Assembly (NCBI GenBank): GCA_036387915.1
Contig: DASVSV010000315.1
Location: 1-60,062, forward strand
DNA length: 60,062 nucleotides
Source of the DNA: Thermoanaerobaculia bacterium
GTDB lineage: Bacteria; Acidobacteriota; Thermoanaerobaculia; Gp7-AA8
Direction of reading: 5' to 3'
Positions 49,730 through 58,909 of the stretch are shown here, one piece after another. Under the pieces are notes generated by a model, which made no database searches, had not been told where the DNA came from, and worked only from the letters and a program-made list of their open reading frames with translations. Position numbers and translations under genes: made by a program. Each line of letters begins with the position of its first letter. Position 1 is the first letter of the stretch.

Positions 49730-50391
49730 GCGTTCTCCAGCGCCGCGCGAGTGCGCGCGAGCTCGTCCGGCGTACCGATGTCGAAGAATTCGTGGTCGAC
49801 GATCTCCGCTTCCAGCCCGCCGTGCTCGGCGAGGTTCGAGAAGACGATCTCCTCGAACGAGCACGGGCCGGTCTCCGGCAGCAGGTCGATGGTCGAGGCC
49901 TGCATGACCGAGAAGCCGGCGTCGACGTACGGCAGCTCCGGCGCCCGCTTGTTGAAGCGCACGATGAAGCCTTCCGCCACGTCGGCGTTACCGACGGTCA
50001 GCTTCGGGTAGACGGCCAGGCAGTTTCCGATGTGCTGCTGCACGAAACGATCGTAGTCGAAGCGGCGGAGCACGTCGCCGTACGTGAGGATGAAGCGGTC
50101 GCCGAGGAGCGGGCGCGCGTCGCGCAGCGCACCGCCGGTGCCGAGCGGCTCCGCCTCCCGGCTGTAGGCGATGCTCACGCCGAAGCGCGAGCCGTCGCCG
50201 AAATGCTCCTCGATCGCCTTCGCGCGATAGCCGGTCAGGAGCACGAATTCGCGGATGCCGCTAGCGGAGAGCGACTCGAGCACGCGCTCGAGATACGGAC
50301 GGCCGCCGATCGGAATCATCGGCTTCGGCAGTCCCTGCGCGAGCTCGCCCAGGCGGGTGCCGAAGCCGCCGCAGAGAATCGCCGCCTTCAC
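49726..50391 (-). CDS. hddC: Sugar-1-phosphate nucleotidyltransferase (D-glycero-alpha-D-manno-heptose-1-phosphate guanylyltransferase-like)
   Basis: KAAILCGGFGTRLG...LPKPMIPIGGRP. GTG start overlapping the upstream stop. The substrate is assigned from the gmhA/hddA/gmhB context. Confidence 0.7.
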   Translation of the reverse strand: MKAAILCGGFGTRLGELAQGLPKPMIPIGGRPYLERVLESLSASGIREFVLLTGYRAKAIEEHFGDGSRFGVSIAYSREAEPLGTGGALRDARPLLGDRFILTYGDVLRRFDYDRFVQQHIGNCLAVYPKLTVGNADVAEGFIVRFNKRAPELPYVDAGFSVMQASTIDLLPETGPCSFEEIVFSNLAEHGGLEAEIVDHEFFDIGTPDELARTRAALENA

Positions 50392-51062
50392 GGGCGCCCT
50401 TTACGAGTCGAGCGCGCGTTCCATAGCCGCTTGAACGTCCACCACGTGCTGGAAAAGCGATGCAGCGTGGTCGTGCCGATGCGCTCGCGGTAGTCGATCG
50501 GGATCTCCGTGACCCGGAAGCCGCGGCGATACGGGATCACGTACATGTCCACCGGCAGCGCGGCGCCTTTCGCGACCCACTGCACCGCGTCGATCATCGA
50601 CTTGCGATACGCGCGCATGCCGCTGTGCACGTCCGTGGTCTTGAGGCCGTGCATCACGCGCGCGCCCAATGCGAAGAAACGATTGGCGAGAAAGTTCGCG
50701 AACGGCATCGCCTTCGGGCGTCGCCAGGTGCGGGTCGTGTTGACCAGGTCGTAGCCCTCCTGTTCGACGAGCCGCACCAGTTCCGGGATCACGTCGACCG
50801 GATACGTGTCGTCGCAGTCGAGCGTGATGACGACGTCGCCCGCGGCCTCGCGTACGGCGCGGTCCATGGCCGGGCCGTAGCCCTGCGGCGGGAACTGCTT
50901 GAGCACGCGGCAGCCGAGTTCCTGCGCGATCTCGGCAGTGCGGTCTTTGGACGAGTCGACGACGAGGATTTCGGCGTCCGGCGCGACGGCGCGGATGTCG
51001 CGCACGACCTTCGCGATCGCCCCTTCCTCGTTCATGGTGATCATGGAGACGGTCAGTTTCAT
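50388..51062 (-). CDS. GT2 polyprenyl-phosphate glycosyltransferase (DPM1/ArnC/GtrB-like)
   Basis: VSMITMNEEGAI, VVDSSKDRT and ITLDCDDTYP (DxD). Confidence 0.8.
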   Translation of the reverse strand: MKLTVSMITMNEEGAIAKVVRDIRAVAPDAEILVVDSSKDRTAEIAQELGCRVLKQFPPQGYGPAMDRAVREAAGDVVITLDCDDTYPVDVIPELVRLVEQEGYDLVNTTRTWRRPKAMPFANFLANRFFALGARVMHGLKTTDVHSGMRAYRKSMIDAVQWVAKGAALPVDMYVIPYRRGFRVTEIPIDYRERIGTTTLHRFSSTWWTFKRLWNARSTRKGRP

Positions 51063-51778
51063 TTTTTCGCTTCGAAGATCATCTGGAAGGCCAGCATTCC
51101 CGGCCAGAGCGACGCCACCGCGCGCTCCAGCGGATAAACGGTCCTGAGGTAGAGCTGATACGGACGCGAATTCAGCAGCGAATCCGGCGCCGCGCTTTCT
51201 TTTCCGCCGACGAACTTCTTCGCCAGCGGGACGAGCGGCCGCACGAGGCCGGGGTTATACACGGTCTTCGCCACTTCCAGTCCCGCCGCGCCGATCATCC
51301 ATCGCGCCGATTTGCGCGTGAAGAAACGGAGATGGGTGCGATCGAGGACGCCGGTCTCTTCGTACTCCCATCGCCCGAGGAGATGCGCGAAGCGGACCGA
51401 CCAGAGTCCGACGTTCGGCAGCGAGATGATCACGCTGCCGCCCGGCGCAAGCCACTGCAGGTAGCGCTTCAGCACGCCCACCGGCCACGGGAGGTGCTCG
51501 AGCACGTCGGCGAAGATGATCACGTCGTACGCGCCGCCCGGCTCCGCGTGCACGAGATCGCCCTGCACCACGCGCGACAACCGCGTCGCCGCAACCGCGC
51601 AAGCCTCGGCACTCTCTTCGATCCCGGTGACGTCGTTGCCGAGCTTCTGAATGCGCGCGCTCGTGGTCGCGAAGCCGCATCCGACGTCGAGCACGCGCAG
51701 GTTGCTGCGTTTGCCCCAGAGCCGCAGCAGGCCCCAGTTCACGTCTTCGAAGTATTGATACGGCGCGTTCTCATCCAT
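51059..51778 (-). CDS. Class I SAM-dependent methyltransferase
   Basis: Start MDENAPYQYF. VLDVGCGFATT motif I. IIFADVLEHL. Confidence 0.8.
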   Translation of the reverse strand: MDENAPYQYFEDVNWGLLRLWGKRSNLRVLDVGCGFATTSARIQKLGNDVTGIEESAEACAVAATRLSRVVQGDLVHAEPGGAYDVIIFADVLEHLPWPVGVLKRYLQWLAPGGSVIISLPNVGLWSVRFAHLLGRWEYEETGVLDRTHLRFFTRKSARWMIGAAGLEVAKTVYNPGLVRPLVPLAKKFVGGKESAAPDSLLNSRPYQLYLRTVYPLERAVASLWPGMLAFQMIFEAKK

Positions 51779-53072
51779 CGCGCAGCTCGCTCGCGAGCGC
51801 CAACGCACGCTCCACGCACACATCGGAGTTGATGTAGTCGAACTGCGCGAACCGCCCCAGGAGATGAAGCCCCGTCGCGGCGACGGAGGCGCGCATTTTC
51901 GTGACGTTCGCGCGGTACTCGAGGTCGTACACCGGATAGCCGTAGAGGAAGCGCACGACGCGCGTGTAGACGATCGACTTCCGGTCCACGAACCCGATCC
52001 CCTCGACCTGGGCAATGGCGCGCTGGAGCAACGCTTCGTCGCTCAGCTCCCACACCCCGTCGCCTTCGTTCGCCGTGATCTCGGCCATGATCGACGAGCC
52101 GCCCGGCGGCACGCACTGTTCGCCGAATGCCTTCGGAAAGGAGAGCCGGTGGAACAGCAGCTCCGGATCGGGGACGTAGAGCGCGGTGTAGTTGTGCCCC
52201 GGATCGGTGTTGCTGCCGATGCAGATGTTGATCAGCGAGTTGTAGCGGAGCTGCGTCGCCAACTCACGTGTTTCCGCCGGCGCGTCGGGCCAGATCTTCA
52301 GCAGCTCGTGCAAAGGGATGGTGTTGACGAGATGCCGGTACCACCGAATCTCCCCTTCGGTTGATGTCACACGCCAGCCGTCACCGTCTTTCTCAATCGA
52401 GGCCACGGTCCACGACGTGACGATGTTGCCGCGCACGCGTTTCGCGAATCCGTGCACGATCGCTTCGAACCCGCCCACGGTCGGATACGAGTAGTACAAC
52501 TGATGCAGATACCCCTCGGTCGGGATGCCGATGGCCGACTTCAGCACGTCTTCCATCGGCGGCTTCGGGATACGCGCCACGAACTCGAGCCCGATCTTCG
52601 TCGGGTCGTAGTTCCAGATCTTCGCGTTGTACGGGATGAAGTATTTGTCCGAGATGCCGGCGCCGAACGTCGCGTACGACCACTCCGCGAGGTTCGTGGG
52701 CGTGTCGCCCGCGTGCGGGTTCTGCAGGTAGCCGAGGATGCACTCGTAGTTGTCTTCCTTCGGCAGCGAAGCGAGGTCGTTCTCGAACGGATACTTCACG
52801 AGCGCGCCCTTGTAGTAGATGCGGTTCTCGCGGCGGTTCTGGTGCACGTTGCCGTCGAGCACCTCGATCATCAGGTTCAGCACTTCCTTGTTCTTGCTGA
52901 ACATGATGTGCGGCCCCGCCGCGTCGAACGTGAACCCATCCTCGACGATCGTCCCGCACAGACCACCGGTACGCGTGCTCTTCTCCAGCACGTCGACGTC
53001 CTCGTCCAGCTGCGCCGCCAGCGCGATGCCGGAGATCCCGCCGCCGAGGATGCCCACGCGTCTGCGGATCAC
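51771..53072 (-). CDS. FAD-dependent oxidoreductase of the amine-oxidase/UDP-galactopyranose-mutase-like fold
   Basis: N-terminal VGILGGGISGIALA dinucleotide-binding motif, then VLEKSTRTGGL, YNAKIW and a YPTVGG-like segment. GTG start. Confidence 0.65.
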   Translation of the reverse strand: MIRRRVGILGGGISGIALAAQLDEDVDVLEKSTRTGGLCGTIVEDGFTFDAAGPHIMFSKNKEVLNLMIEVLDGNVHQNRRENRIYYKGALVKYPFENDLASLPKEDNYECILGYLQNPHAGDTPTNLAEWSYATFGAGISDKYFIPYNAKIWNYDPTKIGLEFVARIPKPPMEDVLKSAIGIPTEGYLHQLYYSYPTVGGFEAIVHGFAKRVRGNIVTSWTVASIEKDGDGWRVTSTEGEIRWYRHLVNTIPLHELLKIWPDAPAETRELATQLRYNSLINICIGSNTDPGHNYTALYVPDPELLFHRLSFPKAFGEQCVPPGGSSIMAEITANEGDGVWELSDEALLQRAIAQVEGIGFVDRKSIVYTRVVRFLYGYPVYDLEYRANVTKMRASVAATGLHLLGRFAQFDYINSDVCVERALALASELRDG

Positions 53073-53119
53073 GCGATCCCCCGTCTGTGCAATGAACTTA
53101 ACTTAGCGCAATTTGCACG

Positions 53120-53257
53120 ACCCCTCACCCGCCCTTCGGGCACCCTCTCCCCGCTCACCGCGGGGCGAGGGGCAACAAACACGCATCTCGCGAGACGCTT
53201 AGTTAGTTGCCCTTCTCCCCTCGTGAGGGGAGAAGGTGCCGAAGGCGGATGAGGGGT
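53120..53257. repeat. Inverted pair of about 55-nt REP units, each with its own internal hairpin
   Basis: Unit 1: ACCCCTCACCCGCCCTTCGGGCACCCTCTCCCCGCTCACCGCGGGGCGAGGGGCAAC. The reverse complement of 53206-57 is ACCCCTCATCCGCCTTCGGCACCTTCTCCCCTCACGAGGGGAGAAGGGCAAC. A tandem 14-mer, CCTGCCCCCTGCGC x2, follows at 53307-53334. Confidence 0.85.
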
Positions 53258-53346
53258 TGTCGCTCGCGCTAACCGACATCGCTCGGGATGACAGGCGCCG
53301 CGATCTCCTGCCCCCTGCGCCCTGCCCCCTGCGCGCTCGATCCCGA

Positions 53347-54399
53347 TCACGTCGTCCCCTGCATGGCCATCGATTTGTGCGGCGACAGAAACCCATGCCC
53401 CATCTGCGCCACCACTTTCGTCCCCTCGGGCTCGATGGTGTAGTGCATGCGCGGCATGCCGCTCTGCTCCATGAACCGCTCGAGCTGCGCGTGGTGCGTC
53501 GGGCAGTAGAGCATCAGGAAACCGCCGCCGCCGGCGCCGATGATCTTGCCGCCGAGGACGCCGAAACGCTCGCGCACTTCGTCGTAGACCTGGTCGACCT
53601 TCGCGAACGAGATCTTGCCGGAGAGCTTCTTCTTGTTCTCCCAGTGCTCGTGGAGCATCTGCCCCCACGCGTCGTAATTCGAGGTCTCGATCGACTCGAG
53701 GATGCGGTAACCGAGGTCTTTGATGCGCGACAGGGAGTCCTCGACGCGCGTGTGCGCCGCGCTCTCCTTCTGCTGCATGGCCACGTTCTGGTCGTGCAGC
53801 ACCTCGCGCGCGTCGCGCTGCGAGCCGGTGTAGTAGATGTGCGTGTGCGCGACGAAATCGGCGATGTCGCTGCTGCTCGGCCTGAGCTGGCGCACGTTGA
53901 CCGTGCCGTCTTTCGCGATCTCGAGCACGGTCAGGCCGCCGTACGTGGCCATGTACTGGTCCTGTTTCCCGATCGGCTGCTCGAGGATGTCGAGCTCGAT
54001 GTGACACGCCTCCTCGGCCAGCGCCTGCAGCGGCACGTAGTCGCGCCGGTCGTGATGCAGCGCGTTGAGCAGGCCGACCAGGTAGCAGCTCGACGAGCCC
54101 AGTCCCGTGCCGGCGGGGAGATCGGCGATCGAGCCGACTTCGAATCCGTAACGGACGCCGTGCGCGCGCAGCGCCTCGCGCGCCAGCTCGTGCCGCAGCT
54201 CGTTCACGTCGTCGACCACTTCGCTCTGCGAGTAATGCAGGCGGATCTTCGAGCCGACCGTGGGGCGGTTCACGATCACGTACATGTACTTGTCGAGCCC
54301 CATCGCGAAGATGAAGCCGCCGTGCTGCGAGTAGTACGACGGCAGGTCGGTGCCGCCACCGCCGAGGGTGACGCGGAAGGGAGTGCGCGTGACGATCAC
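53347..54399 (-). CDS. hddA: GHMP-family sugar kinase (D-glycero-alpha-D-manno-heptose-7-phosphate kinase-like)
   Basis: VIVTRTPFRVTLGGGGTDLP and PAGTGLGSSS (GHMP motif II). The GTG start overlaps the transaldolase stop. Confidence 0.75.
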   Translation of the reverse strand: MIVTRTPFRVTLGGGGTDLPSYYSQHGGFIFAMGLDKYMYVIVNRPTVGSKIRLHYSQSEVVDDVNELRHELAREALRAHGVRYGFEVGSIADLPAGTGLGSSSCYLVGLLNALHHDRRDYVPLQALAEEACHIELDILEQPIGKQDQYMATYGGLTVLEIAKDGTVNVRQLRPSSSDIADFVAHTHIYYTGSQRDAREVLHDQNVAMQQKESAAHTRVEDSLSRIKDLGYRILESIETSNYDAWGQMLHEHWENKKKLSGKISFAKVDQVYDEVRERFGVLGGKIIGAGGGGFLMLYCPTHHAQLERFMEQSGMPRMHYTIEPEGTKVVAQMGHGFLSPHKSMAMQGTT

Positions 54400-55106
54400 A
54401 GCTTGAATCCCGCGGCCGCGGCGTCGTTGAAGAACATCTTCACCGTGTCGAGCGAGAGCTCGTCCAGCGGCTGGCCGACCATGCTCAGTTTCTTCAGGAT
54501 CTCGGCCGTGCAGGTGATGATGTCGCACCCGCACTCCTCGGCCTGAAAGATGTTCAGCAGCTCGCGCGGGCTGGCCCACAGCAGCTGCGCTTTCGGCTTC
54601 GCGCTGCAGATCGCCTTCGCCTCGCGCATCAGTGGAACGGGATCGCGTCCCGTGTCGGCGATGCGGCCGGCGAAGACGGAGATGATGGCCGGAGTATCCG
54701 GATCGAGCGCGTCGACGACGTCGCGGACCTGCTCGAGCGTGAGGATCGCGGTGACGTTCAGCTTCACGCCGGCGCTGGAGAGACGCCGGATCAGGTCGAC
54801 CGACGACTCCCCTTTCGTATTCGTGATCGGGATCTTCACGAAGACCGCGTCGCCCCACGTCGCGATGAGCTTCGCCTGCCGCTCCATCTCCGCGAAGTCG
54901 TCGGCGAAGACTTCGAAGGAGATCGGCATGCCGCCGGTCGAGGCGAGCGCGTCGCGGGCAAACGTCTCGTAGTCGGTGATGCCCGATTTGCGCATCAGCG
55001 TGGGATTGGTGGTGAAGCCTTTGACCAGGCCGGCGTCGCGCGCGGCGACCATGGCGGTGATGTCGGCGCCGTCGGCGTAAATCGCGATCTTCAGTTCAGG
55101 GACCAT
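54396..55106 (-). CDS. Transaldolase / fructose-6-phosphate aldolase-family protein
   Basis: GFTTNPTL and VFVKIP (Schiff-base Lys region). About 236 aa short-form transaldolase. An alternative GTG lies at 55136. Confidence 0.8.
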   Translation of the reverse strand: MVPELKIAIYADGADITAMVAARDAGLVKGFTTNPTLMRKSGITDYETFARDALASTGGMPISFEVFADDFAEMERQAKLIATWGDAVFVKIPITNTKGESSVDLIRRLSSAGVKLNVTAILTLEQVRDVVDALDPDTPAIISVFAGRIADTGRDPVPLMREAKAICSAKPKAQLLWASPRELLNIFQAEECGCDIITCTAEILKKLSMVGQPLDELSLDTVKMFFNDAAAAGFKL

Positions 55107-55183
55107 TTCGAGGCGGGATTCTAACCGCGCCGACACACCAGAGCGATCACGAGCACTGCCGCGCGCGCGGCGAGGGCATCTAC

Positions 55184-55211
55184 TTTTACCTTTTTCCTTT
55201 TACCTTTCACC
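55184..55211. repeat. Single-arm tandem heptamers TTTTACC TTTTTCC TTTTACC TTTCACC, flanked by a 10-bp direct repeat GCGATCACGA (55143-55152 and 55217-55226)
   Basis: Read directly in the GT4-transaldolase spacer. No complementary arm was found nearby. Confidence 0.8.
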
Positions 55212-55248
55212 TCGCTGCGATCACGAAGAGAGCGCCGGGCGCGTCACA

Positions 55249-56244
55249 TCATCGCGACCGGATCGCGGCGCGATACACCGCGCGGGTCAGCTCGGCGCAG
55301 CGTCGCCAGGTGAAGAGACGCGCGCGCTCCTTCGCGCGCTCCACATGCTCGCGCGTGACGTTGCGCATCGCATGCGCGATCGCGTCGGCCGAGCGCGGGT
55401 CGACGTGGAACGCGGCGCCGCCGGTGACCTCGCGCAGCGACGGGATGTCCGCCGCGATGACCGGCGTCCCGCACGCCATCGCCTCCACGACAGGCAGCCC
55501 GAATCCTTCCTCGAGACTCGGCATCACCAGCGCGACCGCACCGCGATAGAGCGCCGCCAGGTCGTTGATGCTGACGAAGCCCGGCGTCACCACGCGCGGC
55601 ACCTCGCGATACTGCTCGAATGGCGCGCCGACGAGCACGAGCTGCGCATCGCTGACCCGCGCGAACGCCTCCATCAACCGCGGCAGGTTCTTGTGCGGCT
55701 TGTCGTTGCCGACGTACAGAAAGTAACGTCCGACCGCGGGGAGCCCTTCGTCGAAGAAGATTTCGTCGACGCCGTTCGGCGTGACCACGATCTTCGACGG
55801 ATCGCTACCGAAGTCGTCGACGATCGACTGCTTCGCGGCCTCGCTGACCGTCAGCACGCGCACGCTCTTGCGCAGCGTGCGCCGCATCATCACCGACAGA
55901 TACAGCGACGCGCCGGGCCGCGGCGGCGGGTAGTGCACGAGGATCGTGTCGTGCACCGTGGCGATGCTCGGGCACGACGTCCACGGCAGGACGAAATGCG
56001 GCGAGTGGAAGAGGTCGAGCCGCGCCTTCGCGATCGCGCATCCCAGCACCAGCAGCTCGCTCACGCTGTACTGCGGCGCGTCGACGAGCACGCGCTCCAT
56101 CGTCGCCGGCACGTCCGCGTCGCGCGGCGTGAAGAGCACGTACTCCTCGTCGCCGCCGAGCTCCGCCAGCGCATACACCAGGCCGCGCACGTAGGTGCCG
56201 ATGCCAAAGTCGGCGATCTTGCGGCAGTCGATTCCGATTCTCAT
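55249..56244 (-). CDS. GT4-family (GT-B fold) glycosyltransferase
   Basis: Start MRIGIDCRKI. C-terminal PSLEEGFGLPVVEAMACGTPVIA (EX7E region). Confidence 0.85.
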   Translation of the reverse strand: MRIGIDCRKIADFGIGTYVRGLVYALAELGGDEEYVLFTPRDADVPATMERVLVDAPQYSVSELLVLGCAIAKARLDLFHSPHFVLPWTSCPSIATVHDTILVHYPPPRPGASLYLSVMMRRTLRKSVRVLTVSEAAKQSIVDDFGSDPSKIVVTPNGVDEIFFDEGLPAVGRYFLYVGNDKPHKNLPRLMEAFARVSDAQLVLVGAPFEQYREVPRVVTPGFVSINDLAALYRGAVALVMPSLEEGFGLPVVEAMACGTPVIAADIPSLREVTGGAAFHVDPRSADAIAHAMRNVTREHVERAKERARLFTWRRCAELTRAVYRAAIRSR

Positions 56245-57788
56245 CGCAGCGGCGTCAGCACCATCACCCGCCGTCCCCGGTCGCCGAACACCGCCACGAG
56301 CCGCAACGGATCGCCGGTGACGAAGCGGCACTTGTACTCGTGCTCGTAAAGAACGATGTGTCTGACCGGCAGCAGGCGCAGCATCGCCCGCGTCGACTCC
56401 GGCGTGGCGTCGCACCAGCTCCAGTAGAGATGCGCGTCGGTCATCGAACCGAGGATTTGCGCGTTGGTCGCGATAGCCGAGACTTTGTTCGCTTCCAGCC
56501 ACCGCACGAGCTCCGTCTCCCCTCGCGTGAGCTGGGGATCCGGTGCCCGCACGGCAGCGGCGATGTGGCGCGCGTTCACGGCGACGGAAATCAGCAGCAC
56601 GACCGCGATCGCCGGCGCGAATTTTCCCGCGCGCGCCGCGAGCCACGGCAGCGACAGCGCGATCAGAAACACGAACGGCAAGCCATGCCGCCACCCGAAC
56701 AACCACGGCATCCAGACCTCGGAGTGATACAGCATCAGGTTGAAGAAGAAGAACGCGCCCGCGACGAACACCGCCAGCAGCAGCACCGACCGCGGCGCCG
56801 CAAACTTTCTCCGCACCAGCGCCACCAGTGCCGCCAGCGGGACGAGGAACGCCACCACGCCGAACGACCGCACGTACGAATGTTGATTCGACGGATCGAA
56901 CATCACGCCGAGGCTGCCCGCACGATGCTTCAGCCAGTCAAGTCGCGACGGAAACTCCGTCCAGCCCTCGAACTTCGGCAGCTCCACACGCGGCAGCGCC
57001 ATCGCCGTCACACCGGGGATGAACCCCAGGAACATGAACCACGGCACCAGCACCACGACCGCAAAGATGCCCCATACGACCAGCGGCAAAAGTGGAGCCG
57101 CCACTCCGCCGGCACCTCGCCGGCCGGAAGCCCGCTCCCGCCAGGCAAAGAACGCCAGCGCGACGAAGCAACCGATCGCGACGCCCACCATCTGCGTGCG
57201 CACGAGAAACGCGAGCCCCGCGAACAATCCGCTCGCCGCCGCCGCGCCGAGCCCGCGCGTGCGCTCGTACCGCGCCAGCGCCAGGAACGAAGCGAACGCC
57301 ATCGCGAACGCCGGCCCCTCCGTGTACGGATGCGTCGTCGCGCCGAAATAAGGAGGCGTGAGCGCGAAGATCGCCACCACCCAGTGCGCGCAGTCCGGCA
57401 TCCACCAGCGCTCGCTGATGCGCAACGCGCCGATGCGCAGCGCGATCGCGCGAGCGAGCACGTACAGCAGCACGAGATTGACGCAGTAGAAGAGCCGCGG
57501 CAGCAGGTCCGCCGCGCGCGCGAGGCCGATCGCGCGGCCGGCGTAGCCGAGCATCAACGGCCACAGCGGATAGATCGGCGTCTTCGCCGGCAGCACCCAC
57601 CCCTCGTGATACAGCGAGACCGTCGTGACCAGCCCCTCGCCGTTCATGACGTGCCGCGCGAGCTGAAAGTAGTACGCCGCGTCGATGCCGTACGGCGGAT
57701 CGCCCGCGCCCTTGAGCATCCGCACGACCAGGAGCACGCCGATGATCGCCGCCGCCCACCCGATCGCATGCGCGCGCCCGTTCCTCAT
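56241..57788 (-). CDS. Polytopic membrane protein, GT-C/ArnT-like putative glycosyltransferase
   Basis: About 12 TM helices with an N-terminal loop GDPPYGIDAAYYFQLARH. Its stop overlaps the GT4 start (ATGA). Confidence 0.55.
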   Translation of the reverse strand: MRNGRAHAIGWAAAIIGVLLVVRMLKGAGDPPYGIDAAYYFQLARHVMNGEGLVTTVSLYHEGWVLPAKTPIYPLWPLMLGYAGRAIGLARAADLLPRLFYCVNLVLLYVLARAIALRIGALRISERWWMPDCAHWVVAIFALTPPYFGATTHPYTEGPAFAMAFASFLALARYERTRGLGAAAASGLFAGLAFLVRTQMVGVAIGCFVALAFFAWRERASGRRGAGGVAAPLLPLVVWGIFAVVVLVPWFMFLGFIPGVTAMALPRVELPKFEGWTEFPSRLDWLKHRAGSLGVMFDPSNQHSYVRSFGVVAFLVPLAALVALVRRKFAAPRSVLLLAVFVAGAFFFFNLMLYHSEVWMPWLFGWRHGLPFVFLIALSLPWLAARAGKFAPAIAVVLLISVAVNARHIAAAVRAPDPQLTRGETELVRWLEANKVSAIATNAQILGSMTDAHLYWSWCDATPESTRAMLRLLPVRHIVLYEHEYKCRFVTGDPLRLVAVFGDRGRRVMVLTPLR

Positions 57789-57811
57789 CTCCCCGTATCA
57801 TCGCACGCACG

Positions 57812-58909
57812 TTGCGACGCTTCCTCTTCGTCCTCGAGTTCTTCCCGCCGCACATCGGCGGCGTGGAGGTGTTGTTCGGCGAGCTGGCCTCCGAGCTCGC
57901 GCGCCGCGGCCACACGGTCGAAGTCATCACCTCCGCCGATCCGGGCGAAGCACGACGTGAGGTGCGCGGCAACCTGACCATCCGCCGCATCGCCGCGCCT
58001 GCATTCGCGCGCCGCTATCTCTTCATGCTGATGGCCATACCGGCGGCTATCCGCGCCGCGCGCCGCGCGGACCTCGTGCACACCACGACCTACAACGCCG
58101 CCATCCCCGCGTGGATCGCCGCACGGCTTGCGCGCAAGCCCGCGGTCATCACGGCGCACGAGGTGTTCGGCCGCCAATGGCAGGAGATGCGGGGCATGAA
58201 CCCGCTCCTCGGCTACGCCTACCGCGCCTTCGAAGCCCTGGTCATCCGCCTCGGCTGGACTCACGTCATCACCGACGCGGAGTTCACGCGGCACCGCCTG
58301 CCCGATCCATCGCGTGCGACCGTGGTGCACGCCGCGGTCGATCATGATTTCTGGTCGCCGTCGCGTCACGAGGCGCGGTCACTGCCGGGCACGTTCAACT
58401 ATCTCTACTTCGGCCGCCCCGGCGTCTCGAAAGGCGTCGAGTATCTGCTCGACGCCGCGGAGGTCGTGCGTCGCGAGCGGCCCGACAGCCGGTTGGTGAT
58501 GATCCTCTCGCGCGAGCCCGCGGGACAGTACAAACGCCTGCTCCCGCGCATCAAAGCGCTCGGCGAGCACGTCGTCCTCATCGACTCCGTCCCACGCAAC
58601 GAGCTTGCGTCGTATCTCCTCGGCGGCGACGTCGTGGTCGTTCCGTCGATCTCCGAGGGCTTCGGCTACTCCGCGATCGAAGCGGCCTGCCTCGGCTGCC
58701 GCGTCATCGCCACCACCGGTCATGCGACCGAGGAGATGCTCGGCGATTACGCGACGTTCGTTCCGCCGCGCGACCCGTGGGCACTCGCGCAAGCGATCCT
58801 CAACGTCGAACGCGCTCCCGCTCCTCCGCCGCTAGTGAAGCGTTTCACCGCCGCCGCGCACGCCGCCGCGGTCATCGACGTCTATCGCCGCGCCGGCGTC
58901 GACGTGTGA
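57812..58909 (+). CDS. GT4-family (GT-B fold) glycosyltransferase
   Basis: FFPPHIGGVE N-terminus and PSISEGFGYSAIEAACLGCRVIA. TTG start according to the ORF track. Confidence 0.8.
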   Translation: MRRFLFVLEFFPPHIGGVEVLFGELASELARRGHTVEVITSADPGEARREVRGNLTIRRIAAPAFARRYLFMLMAIPAAIRAARRADLVHTTTYNAAIPAWIAARLARKPAVITAHEVFGRQWQEMRGMNPLLGYAYRAFEALVIRLGWTHVITDAEFTRHRLPDPSRATVVHAAVDHDFWSPSRHEARSLPGTFNYLYFGRPGVSKGVEYLLDAAEVVRRERPDSRLVMILSREPAGQYKRLLPRIKALGEHVVLIDSVPRNELASYLLGGDVVVVPSISEGFGYSAIEAACLGCRVIATTGHATEEMLGDYATFVPPRDPWALAQAILNVERAPAPPPLVKRFTAAAHAAAVIDVYRRAGVDV

